Both the position numbers and the translations under genes were made by a program. A stretch of 64,000 nucleotides of DNA. Origin: Oscillospiraceae bacterium (GTDB lineage Bacteria > Bacillota > Clostridia > Oscillospirales > Acutalibacteraceae). Every line of letters begins with the position of its first letter. The first letter of the stretch is position 1. The stretch covers positions 36,923 through 100,922 of the forward strand of contig SVPF01000002.1 in assembly GCA_015066005.1 (NCBI GenBank). The letters are read 5' to 3'. Below are positions 27,871 to 37,003 of the stretch, one piece after another. The notes beneath the pieces were generated by a model. That model saw only the letters and a program-made list of their open reading frames with translations, was not told where the DNA came from and ran no database searches.

Positions 27871-28734
27871 TTAAGCCTTGTTTACCGAACCGAAAAGCTC
27901 CATCTTTTCCTTAACGGTTGCCTTAATTGCTTCAAAGCCGGGGGCTAAAAGCTTTCTGGGGTCAAAGCCCTTGCCTGCTAAATCCTTGCCTGCTTCAACA
28001 TATTCACGTGTTGCAGCAGCGAAAGCTAACTGACATTCGGTGTTAACATTGATTTTTGAAACGCCGAGTGAAATTGCCTTCTGAATCATATCAGCGGGGA
28101 TACCTGTGCCGCCGTGAAGAACCAAAGGCATATCACCTGTAAGCTGCTGAATAGCATCAAGTGTGTCAAAGCTTAAGCCTGCCCAATTTTCAGGGTACTT
28201 ACCGTGAATGTTACCAATACCTGCGGCAAGCATTGTAATGCCTAAATCAGCAATCATTTTGCATTCCTTGGGGTCAGCACATTCGCCTGCGCCTACAACA
28301 CCGTCTTCCTCACCACCGATAGAGCCAACTTCAGCTTCAAGTGAAAGACCAAGTTCATCACAAATTGCAACGAGTTCCTTAGTTTTTGCAATGTTTTCTT
28401 CAATGGGGTAGTGTGAACCGTCAAACATAACTGAAGAAAAACCTGCTTCAATGCACTTTTTAGCGCCTTCATAGCTGCCGTGGTCAAGGTGAAGAGCAAC
28501 AGGAACAGTAATACCAAGCTCATCAATCATACCGTTAACCATACCAACAATTGTTTTATAGCCGCACATATACTTGCCTGCGCCTTCGGAAACACCGAGA
28601 ATAACAGGTGAGTTAAGCTCCTGTGCGGTTAAAAGAACGGCCTTTGTCCATTCAAGGTTGTTGATGTTAAACTGACCTACTGCATATTTACCGGCCTTTG
28701 CCTTTTGCAGCATATCTTTTGCGGATACTAACAT
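27871..28734 (-). CDS. fba: Class II fructose-1,6-bisphosphate aldolase
   Basis: 287 aa, with 'VALHLDHG', 'SVMFDGS' and 'LVLHGGTG'. Confidence 0.95.
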   Translation of the reverse strand: MLVSAKDMLQKAKAGKYAVGQFNINNLEWTKAVLLTAQELNSPVILGVSEGAGKYMCGYKTIVGMVNGMIDELGITVPVALHLDHGSYEGAKKCIEAGFSSVMFDGSHYPIEENIAKTKELVAICDELGLSLEAEVGSIGGEEDGVVGAGECADPKECKMIADLGITMLAAGIGNIHGKYPENWAGLSFDTLDAIQQLTGDMPLVLHGGTGIPADMIQKAISLGVSKINVNTECQLAFAAATREYVEAGKDLAGKGFDPRKLLAPGFEAIKATVKEKMELFGSVNKA

Positions 28735-28839
28735 TTTAAATTCCTCCGTTTAAAAAATTTACCTTATTATTGTATACTAAAAGCCCGTTAAAATCAAGCA
28801 TTATTGACTAAATTTTAACAGGCTTTATTCATTTTTGCT

Positions 28840-29682
28840 TTATTTATCCTCGTCTTCGATTACCTTTTCGGGCGGAAGCTCCAAAAGCTCGGGGTTAGCG
28901 AGGTATTTTTTAAGTGCTCTGAAGGCCAGCGCAAAATAACTGCCTGAACAAATACGCTCATCCATTGTAACGCCAATAGGAAGCGATTTCACGAAGACAA
29001 TTTCATCGCCCTTGCGCTTGGGTACCTCACGCAGATTACCCATAGCCATAAACACACCTGTGGTGCCAAATTCATAGCAGTGATGATAAATGTGATTTGT
29101 GCGAATGGATGCAAGGTTAGTGATACCCAAACTCATATGGAAGGGGGACATATCAATAACAAACTTGGGTAAAAGGCCGTGCTTATCCATCCATTTAAGA
29201 ACATTAACACCAACCCTTAAAAGACCGGGTACACTTAAAAGGAACTTAATAATCTTTTCAGTACCGTTGTTTTCGGGGTTTTCGCGGTTTTCTTCAACAT
29301 ATTTGTTAATAATGTTGTTAACATCAAAAATGGTGTTAGTTTTGTCAAAATACATTTTTGACATCGTGCCGTTATGGTCCTCGCCCGATTTCAAAACAAC
29401 CATACCAATGGCAACCTCGTTTCTGGTGTAAACCTTTTTGTTTACAATAAAACGGTTAAGCTCGGGAAATTCGGCAAGGGTGCGAAGATAGGCTGCAATA
29501 ACAAGCGCTAAGTGGCTGATGCGCACATCTTCTTTACGTTTTTTGTTTATGTAGTTTTGAATAGGTTCATATGGAATATCAATGGTTATCATATTCATTG
29601 AATCCACACGTTTGTCCATAATGTGTGCAGCAACCCTGTACATCGGGTCGGTGTGGCGAAGTCGTTTGCCGTCTGCTCTCAT
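28840..29682 (-). CDS. Stand-alone 2-oxoacid dehydrogenase E2-like (CAT-fold) acyltransferase domain protein, with an atypical active-site motif
   Basis: The C-terminal 'TMDERICSGSYFALAFRALKKYLANPELL' aligns by eye to the E2 'DHR..DG......F.......E.P..L' signature. There is no lipoyl or E3-binding domain. Confidence 0.55.
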   Translation of the reverse strand: MRADGKRLRHTDPMYRVAAHIMDKRVDSMNMITIDIPYEPIQNYINKKRKEDVRISHLALVIAAYLRTLAEFPELNRFIVNKKVYTRNEVAIGMVVLKSGEDHNGTMSKMYFDKTNTIFDVNNIINKYVEENRENPENNGTEKIIKFLLSVPGLLRVGVNVLKWMDKHGLLPKFVIDMSPFHMSLGITNLASIRTNHIYHHCYEFGTTGVFMAMGNLREVPKRKGDEIVFVKSLPIGVTMDERICSGSYFALAFRALKKYLANPELLELPPEKVIEDEDK

Positions 29683-29868
29683 AAATTACCTCTTTTTTAA
29701 AAATGTGAATAAATTGTAAATTCATAATAACATATATCGACATATTTCGCAATATTTTTTTAAAATCTTAAAAATTAAAATTACTTGTTAAATTAATATA
29801 TATATGATATACTTTATGTATATGAATTTTTTGTTAAAATCTTTCCATAATAACTATGGGTGATTTTA

Positions 29869-30543
29869 ATGAGTAACGACAATAATTTAAAAAATGAAAA
29901 AAGCGAAGAAATAAAGGAATTTGGGTCGGTTATATCTGCAGGCGGCAAGCATAAAATTTACTGCCTTACCATTATTGGCGAAATTGAAGGCCACACTATT
30001 TTGGCCGAAAACAGCAAGTCCACTAAGTACGAGCATATAATACCTCAGCTTGTGGCGGTTGAAGAATCGGACGAAATCGAAGGTCTTTTGGTTATACTTA
30101 ACACTATTGGCGGTGATGTTGAAGCAGGCCTTGCTATTGCCGAGCTTATTTCGGGTATGAAAAAGCCCACAGCCTCGCTTGTGTTGGGTGGCGGGCATTC
30201 AATTGGTGTGCCGTTGGCGGTATCTGCCAAGCGGTCATACATTGCGCCGTCAGCTACAATGACTGTGCACCCTGTCAGAAGCAACGGTCTTTTTATAGGT
30301 GTGCCGCAAATGCTTAACCACTTTCAGCGTATGCAGGACCGCATAACCGATTTTGTCTGCCGCAATTCCAAAATTCAAAGTGAAGCCTTTACAAGCCTTA
30401 TGATGAATACCGGAGAAATGGTGACCGATGTCGGCAGTGTTTTGTCGGGTGAAAGGGCGGTCGAGGTTGGCCTTATTGATGAGGTTGGCAATTTGTCTGA
30501 GGTTATTTCGGGTCTTTATAATTTAATTGAAAACAAAGGGTGA
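29869..30543 (+). CDS. tepA: ClpP-fold serine protease, TepA/SDH family
   Basis: 'IIGEIEGH', 'KYEHIIPQL' and 'LNTIGGDVEAGLAIAE', with Ser in 'GGGHSIGV' and His in 'MTVHPV'. It lies directly upstream of ftsK/spoIIIE, as in Bacillus. Confidence 0.7.
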   Translation: MSNDNNLKNEKSEEIKEFGSVISAGGKHKIYCLTIIGEIEGHTILAENSKSTKYEHIIPQLVAVEESDEIEGLLVILNTIGGDVEAGLAIAELISGMKKPTASLVLGGGHSIGVPLAVSAKRSYIAPSATMTVHPVRSNGLFIGVPQMLNHFQRMQDRITDFVCRNSKIQSEAFTSLMMNTGEMVTDVGSVLSGERAVEVGLIDEVGNLSEVISGLYNLIENKG

Positions 30544-30582
30544 ATTTCACCCTTACATACTATTGTTAAGGAGAAGATTTTT

Positions 30583-32976
30583 TTGGCAACGAAAAAAAGG
30601 AAGTACACAAAACGTAAAACACAAAAGGCAACAAAACAGTCTACCGCGGCACAGCGTCAGCTTTATTCGGTAATCGGCTTTGCGGTTGCAATATTTTTGC
30701 TTTGCGTTGTGTTTATAAAGGGTGAAAATGTTTGGCTATGGTTACATAATTTTGTTTTTGGCCTTTTTGGTGTTACAGCTTACGCAGTGCCTTTTTTTGT
30801 GGGTATTGTGTCGGTATTTATTTCTATGGAAAAGTTGACAAACACCACCATTGCAAAGCTTGTTGAGGGTGGCGTTTTAATTGCATTTATCGGCGCCGCT
30901 ATTGACATTTTTTCAAAGCACACGCCTGATATCAGCTTTTGGCTTCATTTGGGTAAGGCTTATACAAACGGTATTGCCCTTAAAAGCGGCGGCTTTGTGG
31001 GCGCACTTATAGGTCAGCCAATTTATCTTCTGTTCGGTAAAACGGGCGCCGCAATAACCATAATTTTACTTATGTTTGTGCTTTTAATGGTGCTTACCGG
31101 CACAACACTTATAAGCCTTTTTAAAATTTTCAAAAAGCCCGCAAAGGCTGTTGCCGAACAGGTTGAAAATGCTTATCAAAAGAAGGATGAAAAGGAAATT
31201 AAGGTGGTTAAGGGCTTTAACGTTGATGTTCCCGTTGACGGTAGCATTAAAGAACGCCAGAAGGAGCAAAACGAATTACCCCTTAAAAGCAAGCGGCTTA
31301 TCCGCGCTTATAAGGATGAAAGCGAAGGCGATAACAGCGCCGCTATTATAGTTAAGCCTGACGGTGCGGAGGATAAGGCTAAAATTGATACTGCTTTACA
31401 GGCCGCAAAGCAAGAGGAAGAAAAAATTGTTATTGATATGAAGGCCGAAACCGCAAGCTTTACCGAAGAGGTTAAAGAAAACTTGGAAACTGCAACCGAC
31501 AAGGGCTATGTTTATCCGCCCACAAGTCTTTTGAAGGACACCCGCGGCACAAGCGGCTTGATTGCGGAGGATGATTCTGATACAGCCGAGCATCTTGTCA
31601 GAACACTTAGAAGCTTTGGTGTTGAAACACGTATAGTTGATATCAGCCGCGGTCCTACGGTTACACGTTATGAATTACAGCCCTGCGCGGGTGTTAAAAT
31701 CAGTAAAATTACCGCCTTGGCGGATGATATTGCTTTAAACCTTGCGGCAGGTAACGTGCGAATTGAAGCCCCCATTCCAAATAAGGCCGCAGTAGGTATT
31801 GAAGTGCCTAATAAGGATAAGCGCGCTGTGGGTATTCGCGAAATTCTTGAAGCGCCCGAATTCACCTCGGCAAAATCAAAATTAACGGTTGCCTTGGGTA
31901 AGGATATTACGGGTAATATTATTACAACCGACATTTCAAAAATGCCCCACGGCCTTATTGCAGGTGCTACAGGCTCGGGTAAATCGGTTTGCACAAACTC
32001 AATTATTATAAGCCTTTTGTATAAAAATACACCTGATGAGTTAAAGCTTTTGCTTATCGACCCCAAAACTGTTGAATTTGAACCCTATAACGGCATTCCT
32101 CACCTTATGGTGCCGGTTGTTACCGACCCGCGAAAAGCCGCAGGCGCACTTGGCTGGGCGGTTGGTGAAATGGAAAAGCGTTATAAAATGCTTTCCGACC
32201 GTAAGGTTAGAAATATTGAAGAATATAACGAGGTAGTAGAGGGCCTTACTGATGAGCCCGAGGTTGAAAAAATGCCCTATATCGTTATAATGATAGACGA
32301 ATTTGCCGACCTTATGCAAACCGCCTCTAAAGAGGTTGAAGACCATATCGCACGCTTGGCTGCTAAGGCTCGCGCGGCAGGTATACATATGATTTTGGCC
32401 ACCCAGCGTCCATCGGTTGACGTTATTACGGGTGTTATTAAGGCAAATATCCCAACAAGAATTGCGCTTACAACCTCTTCTCAAATTGACAGCCGTACAA
32501 TTATTGATCAGGCAGGTGCTGAAAAGCTTCTTGGCCGAGGGGATATGCTGTTTAACCCTGTTGGCACCTCAAAGCCAAGTCGTTTGCAGGGCTGCTTTGT
32601 AAGCAATGAGGAAATTAAAGCGGTTGTTGACTTTGTTAAGGGTGACCGTACCGCCTGCTATAATGAAGATGTTATGAACGAAATTGAACGTCAGGCCGCA
32701 ATTGAAAAGAAGCAACGCACAGGTGTTGAAGAGGATGGGCCCGATGAAGACCCCATGCTTAAGGATGCTATCCGTGTTGTTGTGGAAAACGGTTTAGCTT
32801 CTACCTCGCTGCTTCAAAGAAAGCTAAAGCTTGGCTATGCCCGTGCTGCCCGTATTATTGATGAAATGGAACAGCGTGGCATTGTTGGCGGCTATGAAGG
32901 CTCAAAGCCGCGTAAGGTGCTTATTACACAGGACCAGCTTTTAGAAATGGAAGCTGCGGGCGATACTGAAGCATGA
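30583..32976 (+). CDS. ftsK: DNA translocase FtsK/SpoIIIE
   Basis: N-terminal TM helices, a charged linker, Walker A 'GATGSGKS', 'IVIMIDEFADLM', and the C-terminal gamma wHTH 'LLQRKLKLGYARAARIID.ME'. TTG start after AAGGAGAAG. Confidence 0.94.
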   Translation: MATKKRKYTKRKTQKATKQSTAAQRQLYSVIGFAVAIFLLCVVFIKGENVWLWLHNFVFGLFGVTAYAVPFFVGIVSVFISMEKLTNTTIAKLVEGGVLIAFIGAAIDIFSKHTPDISFWLHLGKAYTNGIALKSGGFVGALIGQPIYLLFGKTGAAITIILLMFVLLMVLTGTTLISLFKIFKKPAKAVAEQVENAYQKKDEKEIKVVKGFNVDVPVDGSIKERQKEQNELPLKSKRLIRAYKDESEGDNSAAIIVKPDGAEDKAKIDTALQAAKQEEEKIVIDMKAETASFTEEVKENLETATDKGYVYPPTSLLKDTRGTSGLIAEDDSDTAEHLVRTLRSFGVETRIVDISRGPTVTRYELQPCAGVKISKITALADDIALNLAAGNVRIEAPIPNKAAVGIEVPNKDKRAVGIREILEAPEFTSAKSKLTVALGKDITGNIITTDISKMPHGLIAGATGSGKSVCTNSIIISLLYKNTPDELKLLLIDPKTVEFEPYNGIPHLMVPVVTDPRKAAGALGWAVGEMEKRYKMLSDRKVRNIEEYNEVVEGLTDEPEVEKMPYIVIMIDEFADLMQTASKEVEDHIARLAAKARAAGIHMILATQRPSVDVITGVIKANIPTRIALTTSSQIDSRTIIDQAGAEKLLGRGDMLFNPVGTSKPSRLQGCFVSNEEIKAVVDFVKGDRTACYNEDVMNEIERQAAIEKKQRTGVEEDGPDEDPMLKDAIRVVVENGLASTSLLQRKLKLGYARAARIIDEMEQRGIVGGYEGSKPRKVLITQDQLLEMEAAGDTEA

Positions 32977-33866
32977 TTTCCGAAACCTATAAAAGAAAAA
33001 CAATTACAGTGATAACAGCGGTGCTTTGCATCGTTGTTTTCACTATTTTATTGTTTTATGCCCGTGACCCATCATTGTTCAGCGGTAAGAATTCAGGCGC
33101 TATTGTCAATTTTGACGATGATTTCATTAAGTTTATGGATGTTGGGCAAGGGGACGGAGCAATAATTTACAGCGACGGCTACTGCGCGGTTATTGATATG
33201 GGCGAAGCGGTAGCGGCCGACGATGTTTTGGCTGATTTATCCCGACTAAATGTAAAGCAAATTGATATGGTAATTGCTTCCCACTACCACACCGACCACA
33301 TAGGCTCGTTTAATGAAATTGCCGCAAAATACCCAATTAAAAATATGATTGGGCCCGAGCTTACAAAATATAATATAGCCGCGGCTCACAGTGCTAAGGA
33401 AAGTGTTTTAAAACAGGGTGGCAGCTTTTACGATGGTATTTACGGGCTTAATTTCACCCTTGGTGAATTTGAAATTACGGTTTTGGGTTATTATAACTGC
33501 TATGATGAAAACGACCGTTCACTTTATGTTATGGCCGAAATTGATAATGTGAAATTTTTGTTTACAGGCGATGGCGAAACGGTTGCCGAGGAAAGACTGC
33601 TTGAAAGAACAAAGGCTCTTGATTGTGATGTTTTAAAGGTTGCCCACCACGGAAGCTCCAGTTCAACGGGCTACGAATTTTTAAAATATGCAAAGCCTGA
33701 ATATGCCGTGGTTTCCTCGGGTGAGGGTAACAGCTACGGTCATCCGCATATTGAAACCATGAAGGCTTTAGAAAAGCTTAATGCTAAAATTTACCGCACC
33801 GACCGTAATGGAGACATTACTTTTTATGTCGATGACGGCGAAATAGAAATTAAAACCGAAAAATAG
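32973..33866 (+). CDS. ComEC/Rec2-related metallo-beta-lactamase fold hydrolase (stand-alone)
   Basis: A TM anchor, then 'SHYHTDHIG' (HxHxDH) and 'KVAHHGS'. Confidence 0.8.
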   Translation: MISETYKRKTITVITAVLCIVVFTILLFYARDPSLFSGKNSGAIVNFDDDFIKFMDVGQGDGAIIYSDGYCAVIDMGEAVAADDVLADLSRLNVKQIDMVIASHYHTDHIGSFNEIAAKYPIKNMIGPELTKYNIAAAHSAKESVLKQGGSFYDGIYGLNFTLGEFEITVLGYYNCYDENDRSLYVMAEIDNVKFLFTGDGETVAEERLLERTKALDCDVLKVAHHGSSSSTGYEFLKYAKPEYAVVSSGEGNSYGHPHIETMKALEKLNAKIYRTDRNGDITFYVDDGEIEIKTEK

Positions 33867-36041
33867 GTGATTATTATTAACATTATTGAAAAATTAACTC
33901 AGGAATTTTCACTCAAGGCTTATCAGGTAGAAAATACTGTTAAGCTTATTGACGAGGGTAACACCATACCCTTTATCGCGCGTTACCGTAAGGAAGCCCA
34001 CGGGTCACTTGATGACCAGATACTTCGTGAATTAAGTGAAAGGCTTCAATATCTTCGTAATATGGATGAAACCCGTGAAAAAATTAAGGCATCTATTGAA
34101 GAACAGGGCGCTTTGACCGATGAGCTTATAGCGGCAATTGATGCGGCGCAAACCTTAACCGAGCTTGACGATATTTATAGGCCTTACAAGAAAAAACGCA
34201 AAACAAGGGCAAGTGTTGCAAAGGAGAAGGGCTTGGAGCCGTTAGCCGATATGATTTACGAGCAAGCGCCTGACTGTAAGCAGCCCATTGAAATGGCGGC
34301 CGATTTTATAAATGCCGAGCTTGGCGTAGAAACAGCTGAGGATGCTTTACAGGGCGCTATGGACATTATCGCTGAAAAAATTTCGGATGATGCCGATATA
34401 AGAAAGCGTATGCGCTTTGTTTGTATGGCGCACGGCATTTTGAACGTAAAGGGTGCAAAGGATGACCTTGACGTTTATGAAATGTATAAGGAATACAGCG
34501 AGGCTTTATCAAAAATTGCCGACCATAGAATTTTGGCAATTAACCGTGGCGAAAAGGAAGAATTTTTAAAGGTTTCTATCGATTTTGATGAAGCTAAAGC
34601 AATGTTTATAATTTCTAAAAATCACATTAAAGAGGGAAGCCCCGCAACCGATACCGTGGTTGCCGCCGCAAAGGATGCTTACAGCCGCCTTATTTTCCCC
34701 TCAATTGAACGCGAAATCAGAAGCGAGCTTACCGACCGCGCATCCACCTCGGCAATTAAGGTTTTTTCAACCAATTTGCAGCAGCTTTTAATGCAGCCTC
34801 CTGTTAACGACAAGGTTGTTTTGGGCTTGGACCCCGGTTACCGCACGGGCTGTAAGGTTGCGGTTGTTGATGGAACGGGCAAGGTGCTTGATACGGGTGT
34901 AATTTACCCTGCGCCACCTAAAAGTGATATACAAAACGCAAAAATTATTGTTAAAGCGCTCGTTAAAAAGCACGGTGTTCAGGTGTTTGCCATCGGTAAC
35001 GGTACTGCAAGCCACGAAACTGAGGTTTTCGCCGCCGATGTTATTAAAGAGCTTAATGACGGGCTTTCATATATGGTTGTAAGCGAAGCGGGAGCAAGTG
35101 TTTATTCGGCTTCAAAGCTGGCGGCCGAGGAATTTCCGGATTATGATGTATCACTTCGCAGTGCGGTGTCAATTGCGAGAAGACTTCAAGACCCCTTGGC
35201 TGAGCTTGTTAAAATTGATCCCAAAGCAATTGGTGTTGGTCAGTATCAGCACGATATGCCCCAAAATCAGCTAAACAGCGCGCTTGACGGTGTTGTTGAA
35301 GACTGCGTAAACTCAGTAGGTGTTGATTTAAATACCGCGTCTGTTCAGCTTTTGGCTCGTGTTTCGGGTCTTGGCCCTGCGGTTGCAAAAAACGTGGTTG
35401 CTTATCGCGAGGAAAACGGACGCTTTACAAACCGCAGTCAGCTTAAAAAGGTTTCAAAGCTTGGCCCTAAAGCCTTTGAACAGTGCGCAGGCTTCTTGCG
35501 CATTATCGACGGTAAAAATCCGCTTGATAATACCTCTGTTCACCCTGAAAGCTATGAAGCGGCCGAAAAGCTTATTAAGCTTTGTGATTATACCGATAAT
35601 GACCTAAAAGCAGGTGCTTTGGTTGGAATATCCGAAAAGGTGGAAAGCAAGGGTGTAGCCAGCGTTGCCGCCCAAATCGGTGTGGGTGAGCCCACACTTT
35701 TGGATATTGTAAAGGAGCTTGAGCGCCCCGGCCGTGACCCCCGTGATGAATTGCCCGCACCTTTACTTCGTACCGACATTATGTCGATGGAGGACCTTAA
35801 GGCAGGTATGGAATTAACGGGTACGGTTCGCAATGTTATTGACTTTGGTGCCTTTGTTGACATTGGTGTTCATCAGGACGGACTTGTTCACATTTCCCAC
35901 ATTACTAACCGCTTTATCAAGCATCCAAGCGAGGTTTTAAAGGTTGGCGATATTGTTAAGGTTTGGGTTTTAGGCGTAGATGTAAATAAAAAGCGCATTT
36001 CCCTTACAATGCGAAAGGATAAGTTAAATGAAGCGAAATAA
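33867..36041 (+). CDS. tex: Tex-like transcription accessory protein (YqgF/HhH/S1 domains)
   Basis: 'TIPFIARYRKE', 'LGLDPGYRTGCKVAV', an HhH region and a C-terminal S1 domain 'GTVRNVIDFGAFVDIG'. Confidence 0.92.
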   Translation: MIIINIIEKLTQEFSLKAYQVENTVKLIDEGNTIPFIARYRKEAHGSLDDQILRELSERLQYLRNMDETREKIKASIEEQGALTDELIAAIDAAQTLTELDDIYRPYKKKRKTRASVAKEKGLEPLADMIYEQAPDCKQPIEMAADFINAELGVETAEDALQGAMDIIAEKISDDADIRKRMRFVCMAHGILNVKGAKDDLDVYEMYKEYSEALSKIADHRILAINRGEKEEFLKVSIDFDEAKAMFIISKNHIKEGSPATDTVVAAAKDAYSRLIFPSIEREIRSELTDRASTSAIKVFSTNLQQLLMQPPVNDKVVLGLDPGYRTGCKVAVVDGTGKVLDTGVIYPAPPKSDIQNAKIIVKALVKKHGVQVFAIGNGTASHETEVFAADVIKELNDGLSYMVVSEAGASVYSASKLAAEEFPDYDVSLRSAVSIARRLQDPLAELVKIDPKAIGVGQYQHDMPQNQLNSALDGVVEDCVNSVGVDLNTASVQLLARVSGLGPAVAKNVVAYREENGRFTNRSQLKKVSKLGPKAFEQCAGFLRIIDGKNPLDNTSVHPESYEAAEKLIKLCDYTDNDLKAGALVGISEKVESKGVASVAAQIGVGEPTLLDIVKELERPGRDPRDELPAPLLRTDIMSMEDLKAGMELTGTVRNVIDFGAFVDIGVHQDGLVHISHITNRFIKHPSEVLKVGDIVKVWVLGVDVNKKRISLTMRKDKLNEAK

Positions 36042-36951
36042 CTTAAAGGGTAGCTTAATTCTCGCCCTTGCCGCGCTTATTTGGGGTATGGCCTTTGTTG
36101 CGCAAAACCAAATAAGTGATACGGTACCAACCTTTACCATAAACGCGTGCCGTTCATTTATTGCGTCTGCCTTTTTGTTTGTATTTTGGAAAATAACCAA
36201 CATAAAAACCAAGGCAAGCTTTATCCCTAAGGATAAAGAGGGCAAAAAGAAATATCTTGCTGCAGCCCTAATGTGCGGTGGCTTTTTAGCGGTCGCAATG
36301 AATTTACAGCAGTTTGGCATTGCCCTTTACCCAAAGGGCGCCCCTGCTGAAACCCACGCAGGCTTTTTAACCGTTTTATATGTAATTTTAGTACCGATAT
36401 TTTCTGTTGTGCTTGGCAAAAAGGTACCGTTTTTTGTGTGGTGCGGCGGCATTTTGGCAACCGTTGGCATTTATATGCTTTGCCTTGCAAATGGAATGGA
36501 GGCATTTTACTTTGCCGATGTAATTGTTTTTTGCTGCGGTATTGCCTTTGCCCTTCAAATTTTGGCGGTTGATAAATTTGTAGGTATTACAGGCGGGGTT
36601 AAGCTTTCAATAATGCAGTTCTTTGTTGTGGGTGTAATTTCCACAATATGTGCATTAATCTTTGACCTTAAAGCCCTGTCATTGACCGATTTATTAAACG
36701 GCGCTTTGCCTATTTTATACCTCGGTATAATGTCAAGCGGTATTGCTTATACTTTGCAAATTGTCGGTCAAAAATATGCCGAACCGTCGGTTGCATCTAT
36801 TGTTATGAGCTTCGAAAGCGTGTTTGCGGTGCTTGGTGGTGTTGTTTTTTCACATTCGGCATTATCCACAAACGAAATTATTGGCTGTATCGTAATGTTT
36901 GCGGCAATAATTGTTGCACAGCTACCCGAATTTAAAAAGAATAAGGCATAA
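36028..36951 (+). CDS. EamA/DMT superfamily transporter
   Basis: About 10 TM segments with two EamA-like halves, 307 aa. Confidence 0.85.
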   Translation: MKRNNLKGSLILALAALIWGMAFVAQNQISDTVPTFTINACRSFIASAFLFVFWKITNIKTKASFIPKDKEGKKKYLAAALMCGGFLAVAMNLQQFGIALYPKGAPAETHAGFLTVLYVILVPIFSVVLGKKVPFFVWCGGILATVGIYMLCLANGMEAFYFADVIVFCCGIAFALQILAVDKFVGITGGVKLSIMQFFVVGVISTICALIFDLKALSLTDLLNGALPILYLGIMSSGIAYTLQIVGQKYAEPSVASIVMSFESVFAVLGGVVFSHSALSTNEIIGCIVMFAAIIVAQLPEFKKNKA

Positions 36952-36955
36952 ATTT

Positions 36956-36985
36956 AACGCCGAGGGTTACCTCGGCGTTTTAAAT
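36956..36985. terminator. Bidirectional terminator between the DMT gene and feoB
   Basis: AACGCCGAGG-gtta-CCTCGGCGTT followed by TTAAATTTT. Confidence 0.65.
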
Positions 36986-37003
36986 TTTAAATTATAGTTT
37001 ATA

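Noticed and set aside
29683-29868. A 19-aa mini-ORF (MIYFMYMNFLLKSFHNNYG) in the AT-rich divergent promoter region upstream of tepA.
   Set aside because: It has no RBS, it lies in promoter DNA, and its composition is what AT-rich sequence yields by chance.
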